A stretch of 64,000 nt of DNA from contig CANQXB010000001.1 of assembly GCA_947627805.1 (NCBI GenBank), positions 24,836-88,835 of the forward strand, given 5' to 3'. This document shows, piece after piece, positions 1-10,612 of the stretch. The stretch comes from an uncultured Bacilli bacterium. GTDB lineage: Bacteria; Bacillota_I; Bacilli_A; RF39; UBA660. The notes under the pieces are model-generated. The model saw only the letters and a program-made list of their open reading frames with translations, made no database searches and was not told where the DNA came from. Position numbers and translations under genes: made by a program. The first letter of the stretch is position 1. Each line of letters opens with the position of its first letter.

Positions 1-243
1 CTTTACTCATTAAATAATTTAGTAGATGTTATATCTACCACAGGGCAGCTTGCCCGCATAGGTGTATGGTCACATCCTGGTCTAATGATGATTATTAATG
101 GTGAAGAAATTAGAGTTACCGCAAGTGGTTATTATGAATTAGATGCAATTCTTATCACTTCTCTTGGAATTGTTGCTCCTGATAACAATTATTCTAATTT
201 CTTTACAATTGATTACGAATATGACGAAGATGTAGAAGGATAA
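1..243 (+). CDS. C-terminal fragment of an upstream virion structural gene; runs off the window start
   Basis: Frame 1 is open from nt 1 to TAA at 241-243, followed by RBS AAAGGAGG for the next gene. Confidence 0.4.
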   Translation, partial: LYSLNNLVDVISTTGQLARIGVWSHPGLMMIINGEEIRVTASGYYELDAILITSLGIVAPDNNYSNFFTIDYEYDEDVEG

Positions 244-255
244 AGGAGGCGCAGC

Positions 256-2763
256 ATGGATTCGCTTTACGGAGGCCATCAAGGAATTAGCTTTGTTCTA
301 AAAGCATCTTATCCATCTGTCGCTCAAATGGTTGCTGCTTTTAAAGGTGGCGCAAACTATACAGCTGTATGGTATGGTGAATTTGTTTTAATAGATACAC
401 CTAATAAAAATGATGCAGATAATGGCAAAGTTTATCGTCGTGGTCTTGATTATCAGAATAATATGGGTGGCGCTGAATATATTGGACAAATTGTTGGTCC
501 AAGCAGTGGTACACCATATTTTCAATTAGATGATCTTGATGAAGTCAAAGAAAAAGCGCAAGAAGCTATTGATGAATTAACATGGAAGAAATATCCAACA
601 GGCCGCGATGAAGATGGTAAATATATTGTTTCTACTAATGGTGACGGCTCAGATATTGGAGAATTTGCTTTTGGCAGGACTAATGCATTAGTACCTGGTA
701 AACAAGGTGAACAATTTAATGATGATATTAAATATACGTGGGTAAATATTCGTAAAGATAATGCGGATGCAGATTCATGGTTTTATGTTGGTTTTGAAAT
801 TCCTTACCTAGTAATTGATTACCAAGTTAATTCTGCAAGCCCTTATAACGATTTAGGAAATCGTGTTGATTTAGCAACAATTGAACGTATAGATAACTAT
901 ACTCATCCATTTTATGAAGAATGGCGATTAAATGTTCCAAAAGGTGTTAAAGGTGATACATTAAGTAATTTGCGAGTTATTGTACCGCAAGCACAAGATA
1001 TTATTTATGATATTGATAATATTACCACTTCTGTAGATCTTTCAACAGGTAAATTTACTACCACTCTTGGAAAACCGGGATATGATGGACAGCAAGATGA
1101 TATCACGGGTGGTCGTGCTATTTTAGTATTTGATTATTCTTATTATGATGATACAGCACAAGGCACTACTGTTACTGTTTATGTTGCTGATTATAATTTA
1201 GTGCGGGCTGTTAATTTAGATGATGATGGTACTTTGCGGTTAGAGATGACTCATGAAGATGAAGTTGTCTTTGAAAAGAAAATTCGTTGGATTGATTTAA
1301 TTTCTTTGACTAACGGTAATGGTCAAGATGGTGGTCATTTTACTTTTAGATATAATAATGATAATCCAAGACAGATAGATGAATTTGATATTTCTTGGAT
1401 TAAAGGTCTTGAAATAGATGATGATGGTTCTATAATTTATACTTATGCGGGAACACCAGATAGTTTACCTGAAGGAAACCGCCGCATTGCAGAAGGTGTA
1501 TATAGAGTTGAAGATTTCTTACAATGGATTTCCGCAGTATCTTTAAATTCTGATACTGGCGAGTTTACTGTTACTAATAATAGAAGTGAAACTATTTATA
1601 GTACAGTTTTAGATTGGATTAAAAGTATTCAACTTGATCAAGATGGTACTCTTCATTTGCGTCATACAAAAGACAATCGAGATGAACAATTAGTGCATGC
1701 AATTAAATGGGTAACTGATGTTGATCTTAATTTACAAACTGGCATCTTCCAAATAAATTTTAATTATGGAGATCCATTAACTGTACAACTTGATTGGATT
1801 AATGATCTTTATATTGATGAAGCAACTGGTGAAATCGCAGTTCATCATATAAGTGATGCGCATAACACTGACACCACTGCTGGCGGGCAAAAAGGTAAAA
1901 TTTTAGATGCTAAGTTAAAAATTATAGTAAAAGCACAAATTGGCTCTGATGGTACTATTGATTTTATAACTAACACTGGTAATGTTATTTCTTTGCAAAA
2001 TGCTGGATTTGAAGGCGGCGCTTTTAGATTTAAAACACTAGATGATGTACGACTTCAAACTCCAATAGCTGCGGATAAGCATATTCAAGTAAAATATAGT
2101 ACCGATGTAACTTACCAAAATATTGGTAATCCAATTAATTATATTCAAGATATGGTGGTCAGAAATACTGACTTTCATTTATTGGTTCTTTATAATGATC
2201 CTACTCATAGACCTACCGCGGAACAGTTAGATGAACAAGGTAAGTGGCATGGCTATAGTTGGATCGCTGATATACAAGGGTCAGATGGTTCTAACTATGG
2301 CCCATCTGTATATTGGCAAGATTTAGGGACTATTAAAGATCAAAGTGGTCTTTTAATTGGTTTTAATGTAACAGAAGATAAAATTACAGGTTCTTTATTT
2401 GATGATATTATCTCTTATCTAAATGGTACTTATCCTGATGGTTTAACTGAAGAACAAAATGAACGGGGCGGATTACCACTAAAAGGAAAAATAGTCACTT
2501 ATAGCAAAGACGTTGGAGATAGTAAAGAATATTATGCTTTTGATTATAATGCTCATTCATGGTATTATTTAGGAAAGTTAGAAGATAGCGGTGATATGCG
2601 GGATGCTAGAGCTATTCTTACTCCATATTCTGGAGCACAAAGACAAGAAATGATTCAGAAACTGACAACAAGTGGCTTGCTTTTTACTATTGATACGCAA
2701 GTAACTTCTTCTGATACTAATATACCAAGATACTGGAGTTGGGATTACAACCAATGGACATAG
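256..2763 (+). CDS. large virion structural protein, probably a tail or baseplate component
   Basis: 835-aa ORF with a strong RBS; Asp/Gly/Thr-rich beta-type composition; sits in the late block next to the tail fibre and lysis genes. Confidence 0.6.
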   Translation: MDSLYGGHQGISFVLKASYPSVAQMVAAFKGGANYTAVWYGEFVLIDTPNKNDADNGKVYRRGLDYQNNMGGAEYIGQIVGPSSGTPYFQLDDLDEVKEKAQEAIDELTWKKYPTGRDEDGKYIVSTNGDGSDIGEFAFGRTNALVPGKQGEQFNDDIKYTWVNIRKDNADADSWFYVGFEIPYLVIDYQVNSASPYNDLGNRVDLATIERIDNYTHPFYEEWRLNVPKGVKGDTLSNLRVIVPQAQDIIYDIDNITTSVDLSTGKFTTTLGKPGYDGQQDDITGGRAILVFDYSYYDDTAQGTTVTVYVADYNLVRAVNLDDDGTLRLEMTHEDEVVFEKKIRWIDLISLTNGNGQDGGHFTFRYNNDNPRQIDEFDISWIKGLEIDDDGSIIYTYAGTPDSLPEGNRRIAEGVYRVEDFLQWISAVSLNSDTGEFTVTNNRSETIYSTVLDWIKSIQLDQDGTLHLRHTKDNRDEQLVHAIKWVTDVDLNLQTGIFQINFNYGDPLTVQLDWINDLYIDEATGEIAVHHISDAHNTDTTAGGQKGKILDAKLKIIVKAQIGSDGTIDFITNTGNVISLQNAGFEGGAFRFKTLDDVRLQTPIAADKHIQVKYSTDVTYQNIGNPINYIQDMVVRNTDFHLLVLYNDPTHRPTAEQLDEQGKWHGYSWIADIQGSDGSNYGPSVYWQDLGTIKDQSGLLIGFNVTEDKITGSLFDDIISYLNGTYPDGLTEEQNERGGLPLKGKIVTYSKDVGDSKEYYAFDYNAHSWYYLGKLEDSGDMRDARAILTPYSGAQRQEMIQKLTTSGLLFTIDTQVTSSDTNIPRYWSWDYNQWT

Positions 2764-3098
2764 TACAATATAAAGGTCCTTTTAAGGCAGGTTCCCGCGT
2801 AACTGTAGAACCAGTAACTGGGAAAAGATATGTACATATTGGCATTCAAAGACCTAAAATACAGGGTTATGGAATACCAGTTACTACAGTTTCCGCGGAT
2901 GGTAAAACAACTACTGTTATTCCAGACTCTTGGAGAGAGATTAGAGCGCCGCATACACAAGTTAGAATAAATGATGTGATATATCAATATAGTCCAAGTG
3001 GAATATTAGAATTTGATGGACTAAATGAAGTAGAATGGAATATTACTTTTTTAGATGATGCCCCCGCGGAGACTATAATTGATATTGTGAGAGAATAA
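2754..3098 (+). CDS. small virion-associated protein (hypothetical)
   Basis: ORF overlaps the end of the previous gene; listed from a TTG at 2739, but ATG at 2754 is the more likely start. Confidence 0.4.
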   Translation: MDIVQYKGPFKAGSRVTVEPVTGKRYVHIGIQRPKIQGYGIPVTTVSADGKTTTVIPDSWREIRAPHTQVRINDVIYQYSPSGILEFDGLNEVEWNITFLDDAPAETIIDIVRE

Positions 3099-3111
3099 AA
3101 GGAGGTAGCTA

Positions 3112-5589
3112 ATGGTGAGAGGAGATCCCAATAACGAAGAAATGAAATTAAATTTCGTTGCTAAAGTTTGGGATGAAAAAGCAAATGATGGTCAAGGTGC
3201 ATATAAACCTATATATGTTGCGCCAGATGCTACCTCTAACACTAGAGGAGATGTTTATTTATCAGATGCTGTTGATGGTACGGATAACGCGGAGACTGGT
3301 GTAACAGCAGCAACCCCCGCGGCTGTAAAAGCAGTGAATGATAAAATTGATGATAAAGTATCTAAATCGGATTTAGAAACACAGTCTATTAAAAGTTCTT
3401 TGAACCCAGATGTAACGGATACTCAAGATTTAGGCACAGAAGAACTAAAATGGAATGATATTTATGCAAATAAATTCCACGGTGAATTAGACGGAAATGC
3501 GACTACTGCTTCAACTTTAAAAACTCCTCGTAATATTGGTATTAAAAATGGAGAAGCTGAAGAATCAAAACTTCCTTTTGATGGCGCAGGAGATATAACT
3601 ATTCCACTTAATAGTTTAGATGCTAGTACCTTGACAGTAGGAGAAGTTCCTCTAGCACGATTACCAAAAGCAGCTTTAGAGAGATTAGTTATTGTTCAAG
3701 ACTTAGATGCAATGTATGATTTAACTACTGATACTGTGCAACTTGGAGATACAGTTCAATTAGAAGATACAAAAGCTATGTATTATGTAGTTGATGAAAG
3801 TAATCTTGATAATGAAAAAGGTTACGTTGAATATGTTGCGGCTACCGCCGCAAAAGCAACAGAAGCAGATAAATTAAGTGATGCAAATGTAGGTTCATCT
3901 AGCCATCCTGTTTATTTTAGTGGTGGAAAACCAGTTGCTACTTCTGGTACTACTGGGAGCACTAGCTGTCCTGTTTATATATCTAATGGTGTGCCGACAG
4001 GAATTAGTGCTTTAAGTGTATCATATGGTGGTACAGGTGCTACAACTGCGAATGATGCTTGGACAGCACTTGGTGGCGGCAATATTGGCAAAATGAATTC
4101 TACTGGTTCTACTTCTTATTTCTTAAGAGCAGATGGTCAATGGGCTGCTCCACCTACGAGTAGCGGCAGTACTACAGATAATGACTATAGAGTACAACAG
4201 GCATATAGCAGTAACTCTAGTAGTTATCCGATTCTTTTAAGACCAGTTACTTCAGGTACTACTACTACTACTACTACTGCATATTATAGTGGAGTTAGCA
4301 TTACTCCATCTACAAATACTATTAATGGTAACTTAAGTGGTACTGCTTCTTATGCTACGTCCGCGGGAACTGCTAGTGGTTTATCTAGTACATTAGGTGT
4401 TTCTTATGGTGGTACAGGAAATACGTCATTGACTAGTAATCAAGTAGTTTTAGGTAATGGTAGTAGCGCATTAAAAACAACTAGTGCGACAGGAACAGGT
4501 GCTCTTTATCGTACTAGTACAACTGGAGCACCAAGTTTTGGCGTCTTACCAGTCGCGCAAGGTGGTACAGGTGTAACTAGTATTTCTGAGTTACAGAATT
4601 TAGTTGGAGGCGGAGGTTCTTCTTCTGATGTTAATGTAACGCAGAATGCGACAACAACTAATGCTAGTTATCCTATTTTATTAAAAGGTACAACTACATC
4701 TGGTTCATATACCGGTACTGTGTATTTTGATAGTGGGGTTACTCTTAATCCTTACACAAATATGATTGCAGCTAACATTAGTGGAAATGCGGCGACTGCA
4801 ACAACTGCTACTTCTGCGACAACAGCCACTACCGCAAGCGGTTTATCTAGCACATTAAGTATTAATGGCGGTGGTACTGGTGTGACTACTCTTACCTCTA
4901 ATCAAGTAGTCCTAGGTAATGGAACTTCTGCTTTAAAAACTACGTCAGCATCAGGAACTGGTGCATTATATCGCACAGGAACAACAAGTGCTCCTAGCTT
5001 TGGCACACTAGGCGTTTCTTATGGTGGTACAGGTACGACAAGTTTAACAAGTAATCAAGTTGTGCTTGGTAGTGGAACTGGAGCTCTTAAAACAACTAGC
5101 GCATCTGGTGTAGGTATATTACATCGTACTGTCGCGACTTCTGCTCCTACTTTTGGACCAATAAAATGGGAAACTGTAAATGTTACTTATAATACTACTA
5201 GTTCATTTGGTGGTACTAAACTTAAAGTGTTAACAAGTCCCAATGGTGAACAACGTGCTTATGTGTGCGGATGTAAAGCACTTAATATTCTTAAAATAGG
5301 TGTTCGTTTTGGTCTTGCTTCTGGTACAACTATAACAGCAGGGACTTGGACATTACTCACTTTACCAACAGGATGGCGTCCTACTTCTAAACGAACGTTA
5401 TATGATTTTTGTGAAATACAAGAAATGCATGCCCCAGAGGCACAAAGAGCACATTATTTAGGTAAATTTATAGTATATATTAATACCAATGGTACAGTAC
5501 AAGTATATATTCAATCAGCACGTAGTAATGTACAAGAAATTGCAATATATCAATTTCCTATAGATACTAGTCAATGGGGATTAACTTAA
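3112..5589 (+). CDS. tail fibre protein with internal Gly/Thr/Ser-rich repeats
   Basis: 825 aa; four or more copies of the module VSYGGTG..T.LTSNQVVLGNG.SALKTTSA.GTGALYRT; RBS AAAGGAGG. Confidence 0.7.
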   Translation: MVRGDPNNEEMKLNFVAKVWDEKANDGQGAYKPIYVAPDATSNTRGDVYLSDAVDGTDNAETGVTAATPAAVKAVNDKIDDKVSKSDLETQSIKSSLNPDVTDTQDLGTEELKWNDIYANKFHGELDGNATTASTLKTPRNIGIKNGEAEESKLPFDGAGDITIPLNSLDASTLTVGEVPLARLPKAALERLVIVQDLDAMYDLTTDTVQLGDTVQLEDTKAMYYVVDESNLDNEKGYVEYVAATAAKATEADKLSDANVGSSSHPVYFSGGKPVATSGTTGSTSCPVYISNGVPTGISALSVSYGGTGATTANDAWTALGGGNIGKMNSTGSTSYFLRADGQWAAPPTSSGSTTDNDYRVQQAYSSNSSSYPILLRPVTSGTTTTTTTAYYSGVSITPSTNTINGNLSGTASYATSAGTASGLSSTLGVSYGGTGNTSLTSNQVVLGNGSSALKTTSATGTGALYRTSTTGAPSFGVLPVAQGGTGVTSISELQNLVGGGGSSSDVNVTQNATTTNASYPILLKGTTTSGSYTGTVYFDSGVTLNPYTNMIAANISGNAATATTATSATTATTASGLSSTLSINGGGTGVTTLTSNQVVLGNGTSALKTTSASGTGALYRTGTTSAPSFGTLGVSYGGTGTTSLTSNQVVLGSGTGALKTTSASGVGILHRTVATSAPTFGPIKWETVNVTYNTTSSFGGTKLKVLTSPNGEQRAYVCGCKALNILKIGVRFGLASGTTITAGTWTLLTLPTGWRPTSKRTLYDFCEIQEMHAPEAQRAHYLGKFIVYINTNGTVQVYIQSARSNVQEIAIYQFPIDTSQWGLT

Positions 5590-5629
5590 TATCTTTAATA
5601 AATATTTTTTTATCGAAAGGAGTATTTTC

Positions 5630-6166
5630 TTGGATAATCTTGTAAATTTACTGAGTCAATACTCCTTAGAGGGTATTATTATTTTTATTGTTATGATTAT
5701 TGTAGCTTCTAAATTTATATTTGAAACTATTGATTGGTTGTGGCAAAAAATAAAAATAAAAGTTACTAAAAAAAATGAAGAGCAAGAAAAAACAGAAGAT
5801 ATTGACCATTATTTTGAAAAAATAGATAAAAATTTTGAAGAAATTAATAAACGTTTTGATACAATAGATGCTCAATCGCAGCAAACAAATGAACGTTTAT
5901 CTTTTATAGAAGAACGTCAACAAGAAAATACTCGTTCTTATTTAATTGATGCACATCATAAATTCTGTTATGAAATAAAAGCTATAGATGATATAAACTT
6001 ACAATCTATGGAAAGACGATATATGTATTATAAGACTCAAGGTGGCAATAGCTTTATTAATGAATTAATGCAAGAAGTAAGACAATTACCAAGAGTTAAT
6101 CTTAGTCATCCAATATCAGATATTACCTTAGAAAACATTGATAATGAAAGGAGCAATGATGGCTAG
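5630..6166 (+). CDS. membrane-anchored coiled-coil protein (TTG start)
   Basis: N-terminal TM helix followed by a K/E-rich coiled coil; RBS GAAAGGAG 8 nt upstream of TTG. Confidence 0.45.
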   Translation: MDNLVNLLSQYSLEGIIIFIVMIIVASKFIFETIDWLWQKIKIKVTKKNEEQEKTEDIDHYFEKIDKNFEEINKRFDTIDAQSQQTNERLSFIEERQQENTRSYLIDAHHKFCYEIKAIDDINLQSMERRYMYYKTQGGNSFINELMQEVRQLPRVNLSHPISDITLENIDNERSNDG

Positions 6167-7148
6167 TACAGGTCAAAATGTTGCAGGAATCATGGAACAT
6201 CTAGTAACTCATAGCTCACATGGATACACCCAAGGTAATCGTTGGGGTAACGGGCGTACAGAAACTATTACTGTTAATGGACAGCAATATCAAGTTGCAC
6301 TAGGTGACCGCGATTGTTCTTCAGGTTGTATTAGTGCCTGGGAAGCCGCAGGAGTAAATTGTGGCGGTGCTACTTATACAGGTAATATGCGTTCTTGTAT
6401 GTGCGGTACCGGTAACTTTGTTTGGTATCCTGGCACTTCTTTTATCGCTAGTCCTGGTGACATGTATCTTAATGAAAATAACCATGTTGCAATGTGTAAG
6501 CAACAGGTACCAGATGAGTTAATGGAATTTTCAATTTCTGAAACTGGCGGCATCTTTGGTGCTGAAGGAGATCAAACAGGTTGGGAAAGTCATATTGCTG
6601 CTTATTATAACTATCCTTGGGATGGAATCTTACATTATGTAGGTAGTGATGTTAGTGCTCCTAATGTTGTGCAACCATCTATTCCTACTCCTTATCTAAC
6701 TTATAGAGCTTCTACAGATCCAAATGGGCAATATTGGTTACCAGAAATGCAAGATTGGCATGACACTGGTGGTTCTTCTGATGATTACGCAGGCGATGCT
6801 CTTAATCCAATTAGATGGCTTGCTATTCAAATGCCTGGTTGGTATCAAGTTAGAACTCAAGCTGGCGGTTGGCTTGTACCTGTTAGAGGATATAATATTA
6901 ATGATCTAGAATTTGGTACTGCGGGTGACGGTTCTCCAATTTTAGATGTAAGAGCATACTATGAAACCCAGAATCCCGCGGAAACTGGATGGCTAGGAAT
7001 TGAATATCAATGTGCTGACCTCAATGAAAATTGGCTACCACTAATGGTTGATTTAACTGATACAGGTGGCTCCGCAGATGACTTTGCAGGAGATGCTGAT
7101 AATCAACCAATTACTAAGTTTAGAGCTAGATTAGTTTCTACAGAATAA
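6138..7148 (+). CDS. putative cell-wall hydrolase with a Cys/His peptidase-like N-domain and a duplicated C-terminal repeat
   Basis: Conserved Cys (DCSSGC) and a later His (NHVAMC) resemble CHAP or NlpC/P60-type enzymes; two copies of W.P.M.D.TDTGGS.DD.AGDA.N.PI. Confidence 0.4.
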   Translation: MIMKGAMMASTGQNVAGIMEHLVTHSSHGYTQGNRWGNGRTETITVNGQQYQVALGDRDCSSGCISAWEAAGVNCGGATYTGNMRSCMCGTGNFVWYPGTSFIASPGDMYLNENNHVAMCKQQVPDELMEFSISETGGIFGAEGDQTGWESHIAAYYNYPWDGILHYVGSDVSAPNVVQPSIPTPYLTYRASTDPNGQYWLPEMQDWHDTGGSSDDYAGDALNPIRWLAIQMPGWYQVRTQAGGWLVPVRGYNINDLEFGTAGDGSPILDVRAYYETQNPAETGWLGIEYQCADLNENWLPLMVDLTDTGGSADDFAGDADNQPITKFRARLVSTE

Positions 7149-7169
7149 ATAAATAGGAAGGAGAGGTTT

Positions 7170-7982
7170 ATGATAGATAACTATGGTATAGACTCTCTTC
7201 GTCCTAATGTAATTGTTTTAAAATCTTTAGACCAAGATATATCTGATCCAATTATCGCGGGTGCTGGTGAGGCAGGTGGTAATAAACTAGTTGTAGTTTT
7301 TGCACAAGAAGCTGCGGCAAGATTTACTCCTGAAACAAAAGTTTATCTTAACTGGCGCCATCAGGATTTTGATAATGTCTGTGGATTTGATATGTTCCAA
7401 GAGCAACAAGAAGAAGAAGAGGTATCTATGAAATGCGGGACTCCGCATTGTATTTGGTCAATAGGGTGGCCCCGCAATATGAAACACGAAGGCACTGTTG
7501 AAGCTTCTATTGTGCTTTTGGATGCGGTCAGTAAAGATGAAACAGTTCATTTTAATATAAATGTTTTATCTGATTTGAACGGTTCAGAAAATCAGATGGA
7601 CGATGAAGATTTTTCTTTATTTGAACAAGCCTTATTAGATGTAAATCAAACTATATCAGATACTAGAGATTTGTGGGAAGAAGCGCAAAAAGTTTTTGAT
7701 GTTATATTTGATTTACAACAACAATTAACACAAGAATTAGAAGATGTTAAACAAGAAGCAGAAAAATTAAAACAACAGCAAGAAGAGTTAATCCAAGAAT
7801 GGAATGATTTCTTAGCTGAATATGAAAAATATGATGATAGGGTTAAACGTTTAGAAGAACAAATGTATATATGGTTTGCATATCATGGATTAGCATATTA
7901 TCCTCGTATAGATACAAGTGATATTATTACTCCTGGCTTACCTGAATATAACTCAGAATTAAAATTCAAAGGAGGTAACTAA
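7170..7982 (+). CDS. acidic coiled-coil protein (hypothetical)
   Basis: 270-aa ORF with a good RBS; long E/Q/K-rich heptad region. Confidence 0.45.
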   Translation: MIDNYGIDSLRPNVIVLKSLDQDISDPIIAGAGEAGGNKLVVVFAQEAAARFTPETKVYLNWRHQDFDNVCGFDMFQEQQEEEEVSMKCGTPHCIWSIGWPRNMKHEGTVEASIVLLDAVSKDETVHFNINVLSDLNGSENQMDDEDFSLFEQALLDVNQTISDTRDLWEEAQKVFDVIFDLQQQLTQELEDVKQEAEKLKQQQEELIQEWNDFLAEYEKYDDRVKRLEEQMYIWFAYHGLAYYPRIDTSDIITPGLPEYNSELKFKGGN

Positions 7983-8284
7983 TGGGGTTAGAAATGATTC
8001 CTATTAATGACTTTATTTCTCCAATTATTGTGCTTGCTTGTTTATGTGTTGGCTATGTAATTAAAAATATTATTCCTAATGAAAAAGTCAATAATTGGAT
8101 TCCTTTAATTGTTTGTGCTTTAGGTATTATTCTTAATATTTGGAACAGTGGTGGTGTTGATTTACTTATTGTAGTTACTGGTGCAATTAGTGGTCTTGCC
8201 TCTAGTGGTTTATATGAAGCATTTAAAGGTTTCATTGAAGCGCTTACTGCTCCTAAAGAAGCAAAAGAAGAAAATGCTGGTTAA
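7982..8284 (+). CDS. holin
   Basis: 100 aa with three predicted TM helices and a charged C-terminus; immediately upstream of the endolysin. Confidence 0.6.
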   Translation: MGLEMIPINDFISPIIVLACLCVGYVIKNIIPNEKVNNWIPLIVCALGIILNIWNSGGVDLLIVVTGAISGLASSGLYEAFKGFIEALTAPKEAKEENAG

Positions 8285-8368
8285 CTATGGCTGAAGAAAC
8301 AACTGCAATGTCTTGCGACGTTCCTGTTGATATTGACCTTTCTATCAACAGTGATTTAGTAGATACTC

Positions 8369-9643
8369 GTGATTGTTCTCAGGATAACACAGCAGAGACA
8401 GAAGGTGAACAACTTGGCTAGCTATGAAATTAAAAAATATCATGGCTCATTTAACCGCAGTTATCGAGGTAATACAAGTATTAAATATATTGTAATGCAC
8501 TATACCGGTGCGGGTAGCTCTGCACCGGGTTGTGCTCGTAATAACTGTATTTATTTTTCTGGCGGAGATAGACAGGCTTCCGCGGATTACTTTGTTGATG
8601 ATGCAGATATTTACGAATATAATGATCCTAGTTCTGGATATTATACTTGGCACTGCGGCGATGGCTATGGAGTATATGGTATTACTAATTCCAATTCTAT
8701 TGGAATTGAAGTATGCATGAATGGTGATAATCCTTATACAGCGGCAGAAATTGATCGTGCAACTTTCTTAGTGCAGTATTTAATGAATAGATTTGGTATT
8801 CCTGCGAATAATATTGTGCGACATTATGATGCTTCCCGCAAATTATGTCCTTATTATTATGCTAATCGTCAAGATGCGTGGAATAATTTAAAGGCACAAT
8901 TAACTGGAGGAGCAGTTTCTGGCGATTCTTCCAATAGCAATGGAGGTTTTACTGATCCTACTGGATTAAGTTTAACTGAAGTCGCACAACGTGTTATTAA
9001 TGGTGAATTTGGTAATGGTGATGAACGTAAGCAACGTCTTATTGCTGCTGGATATGATTATAACGCGGTTCAAACAGAAGTTAATCGTTTGCTTGGTGGC
9101 GGTTCTGCTAATACTGGTTCTCCTTCTTCAAATGGAATTACAGCTGGTACATATCGTATTATAGTAGATAGCCTAAATGTGCGGACCGCACCTTCAACAT
9201 CTGCACAATCTGTGGCAAGTTATAGTGCAGGAGAGAGCGTTATCTTAGACGGATGGTCAACAACCGCGAATGGTTATATTTGGGGTAGATACGTAGGAGC
9301 AAGTTCTGGTCAATACCGTTATATTGCCATTAAAGAAATTAACGGTTCTGATTATGCTGTTTTAAATGGTACAACTGGGTCTGGCGGCAATAATGGTGTA
9401 TCTACCAGTGTTCCCGCGGGACGTTATCAAGTAATTGTTGATACATTAAATGTGCGTACTGCGCCTACTACATCTGCGCAAGTTGCTACTTATTATAATA
9501 ATGGTGGTACAGTAAACCTTGACGGATATTCTACTGTTGCAGATGGATATGTTTGGGGCAGATATATTGGTGCTACCAGTGGTCAATACCGTTATATTGC
9601 AATACGAACAACTGGTGGAACAGAATATGCTCAAAAAATTTAA
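8369..9643 (+). CDS. endolysin: N-acetylmuramoyl-L-alanine amidase (amidase_2/PGRP fold) plus two C-terminal SH3b-like repeats
   Basis: KYIVMHYTGAG...IGIEVCMNG amidase_2 motifs; duplicated segment YR(I/V)IVD(S/T)LNVRTAP(S/T)TSAQ; the true start is probably TTG near 8414, behind RBS GAAGGTGA. Confidence 0.8.
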   Translation: MIVLRITQQRQKVNNLASYEIKKYHGSFNRSYRGNTSIKYIVMHYTGAGSSAPGCARNNCIYFSGGDRQASADYFVDDADIYEYNDPSSGYYTWHCGDGYGVYGITNSNSIGIEVCMNGDNPYTAAEIDRATFLVQYLMNRFGIPANNIVRHYDASRKLCPYYYANRQDAWNNLKAQLTGGAVSGDSSNSNGGFTDPTGLSLTEVAQRVINGEFGNGDERKQRLIAAGYDYNAVQTEVNRLLGGGSANTGSPSSNGITAGTYRIIVDSLNVRTAPSTSAQSVASYSAGESVILDGWSTTANGYIWGRYVGASSGQYRYIAIKEINGSDYAVLNGTTGSGGNNGVSTSVPAGRYQVIVDTLNVRTAPTTSAQVATYYNNGGTVNLDGYSTVADGYVWGRYIGATSGQYRYIAIRTTGGTEYAQKI

Positions 9644-9650
9644 GCAAAAA

Positions 9651-9690
9651 ATAAGGGGTTAGTCTTAATTGACTAACCCCATTTTTTTAT
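9651..9690. terminator. bidirectional rho-independent terminator between the late plus-strand and early minus-strand blocks
   Basis: GGGGTTAGTC-ttaatt-GACTAACCCC hairpin with an A-run upstream and a T-run downstream. Confidence 0.7.
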
Positions 9691-9744
9691 TTTACGCGTG
9701 TGCGGCAGCCGAAGCCATATTCCTGGATTCATGGATTCATCATT

Positions 9745-9858
9745 TTAGCGGCCATCATCTATTAAATTATTAAGCTCATCTTGAAGATTAATTAATTGTA
9801 CTTTAAAAGATAATAGTTGCTCTTTTAATGATGTAAGTCTACGTTCTAAGTTAGACAT
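9745..9858 (-). CDS. small coiled-coil protein (37 aa), absent from the ORF track
   Basis: Read on the minus strand: MSNLERRLTSLKEQLLSFKVQLINLQDELNNLIDDGR. Confidence 0.25.
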   Translation of the reverse strand: MSNLERRLTSLKEQLLSFKVQLINLQDELNNLIDDGR

Positions 9859-9865
9859 GCTTTTA

Positions 9866-10087
9866 TCAATGCTCTGTATATCTTGGATTATATCTACTAT
9901 ATCTCTCTGTGGTTGCATAATAATTATACCCCTTTATCTTTTCTTGTAACATTGTTAAAAAAGGAATTGCTTCTGTCATTGTATAACCACTATCATATGC
10001 GGCTTTCCATACTTTCCAAGCTGCTTCCGCGAGTTTCTGCGTATTCATTGTAGCTTCTACAATATTTTTTGTCTCTAAATTATCCAA
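9866..10087 (-). CDS. hypothetical protein
   Basis: 73-aa ORF at the head of the minus-strand block. Confidence 0.4.
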   Translation of the reverse strand: MDNLETKNIVEATMNTQKLAEAAWKVWKAAYDSGYTMTEAIPFLTMLQEKIKGYNYYATTERYSRYNPRYTEH

Positions 10088-10099
10088 TTAAATCACCTT

Positions 10100-10612
10100 T
10101 TAAAAATTAACAGGTGTTTGTTTCATTTCAATATTACCAGCTATTCCAATAGCAATAGCATCTGCTTCATCTTCAGTAATGTCAATATTAAATTTATTTT
10201 TTACAAAATCACAACTTTTATTTTTTTGTTCAGTCCTTGAACGTCCAAATTTAATATTAAAATTATCTGTAATAATTTTTCGCCAATGAGATGGTGAGAG
10301 AATTAAATATTTTGTCTCATTAAAAAAACACCATAATAAAATTGTTGCTTGTACATAAGCTAATTTTTTATAAGTGTCTTTATTATTTTGATATTGAATA
10401 TCTTCAAAATATATATATTCAAATTGATAATCTTTATATAATTTATATATTTTTTCCCACAAAGTACCTAGACGGTTCTCAATAGATTCCGCGCTATGAA
10501 TTTTAAAATGACCAAATTTTATCAATGAATTGTTATCAAAAATAGCCCAACCAGATGTGTTAAGACTTTGATCTAACGCCAATATCTTCATCTTGTTGAA
10601 CTCTCCTTTCAT
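10100..10612 (-). CDS. RuvC-like Holliday junction resolvase
   Basis: N-terminal KILALDQSLNTSGWAIF is typical of the RuvC/RNase H-like resolvase fold; likely start is the internal ATG (MKILALDQ) behind RBS AAAGGAGAG. Confidence 0.65.
   Translation of the reverse strand: MKGEFNKMKILALDQSLNTSGWAIFDNNSLIKFGHFKIHSAESIENRLGTLWEKIYKLYKDYQFEYIYFEDIQYQNNKDTYKKLAYVQATILLWCFFNETKYLILSPSHWRKIITDNFNIKFGRSRTEQKNKSCDFVKNKFNIDITEDEADAIAIGIAGNIEMKQTPVNF

Noticed and set aside
2745-2987. Opposite-strand or antisense ORFs inside clear genes (for example 2745-2987 minus, 5666-5884 minus, 36356-36775 plus, 43428-43892 plus, 58830-59249 plus, 12685-12918 minus, 25775-26003 plus)
   Set aside because: They lie wholly inside well-supported genes on the other strand. 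They have AT-rich low-complexity translations (F/I/L/K/N runs) and no RBS. They are judged to be spurious.
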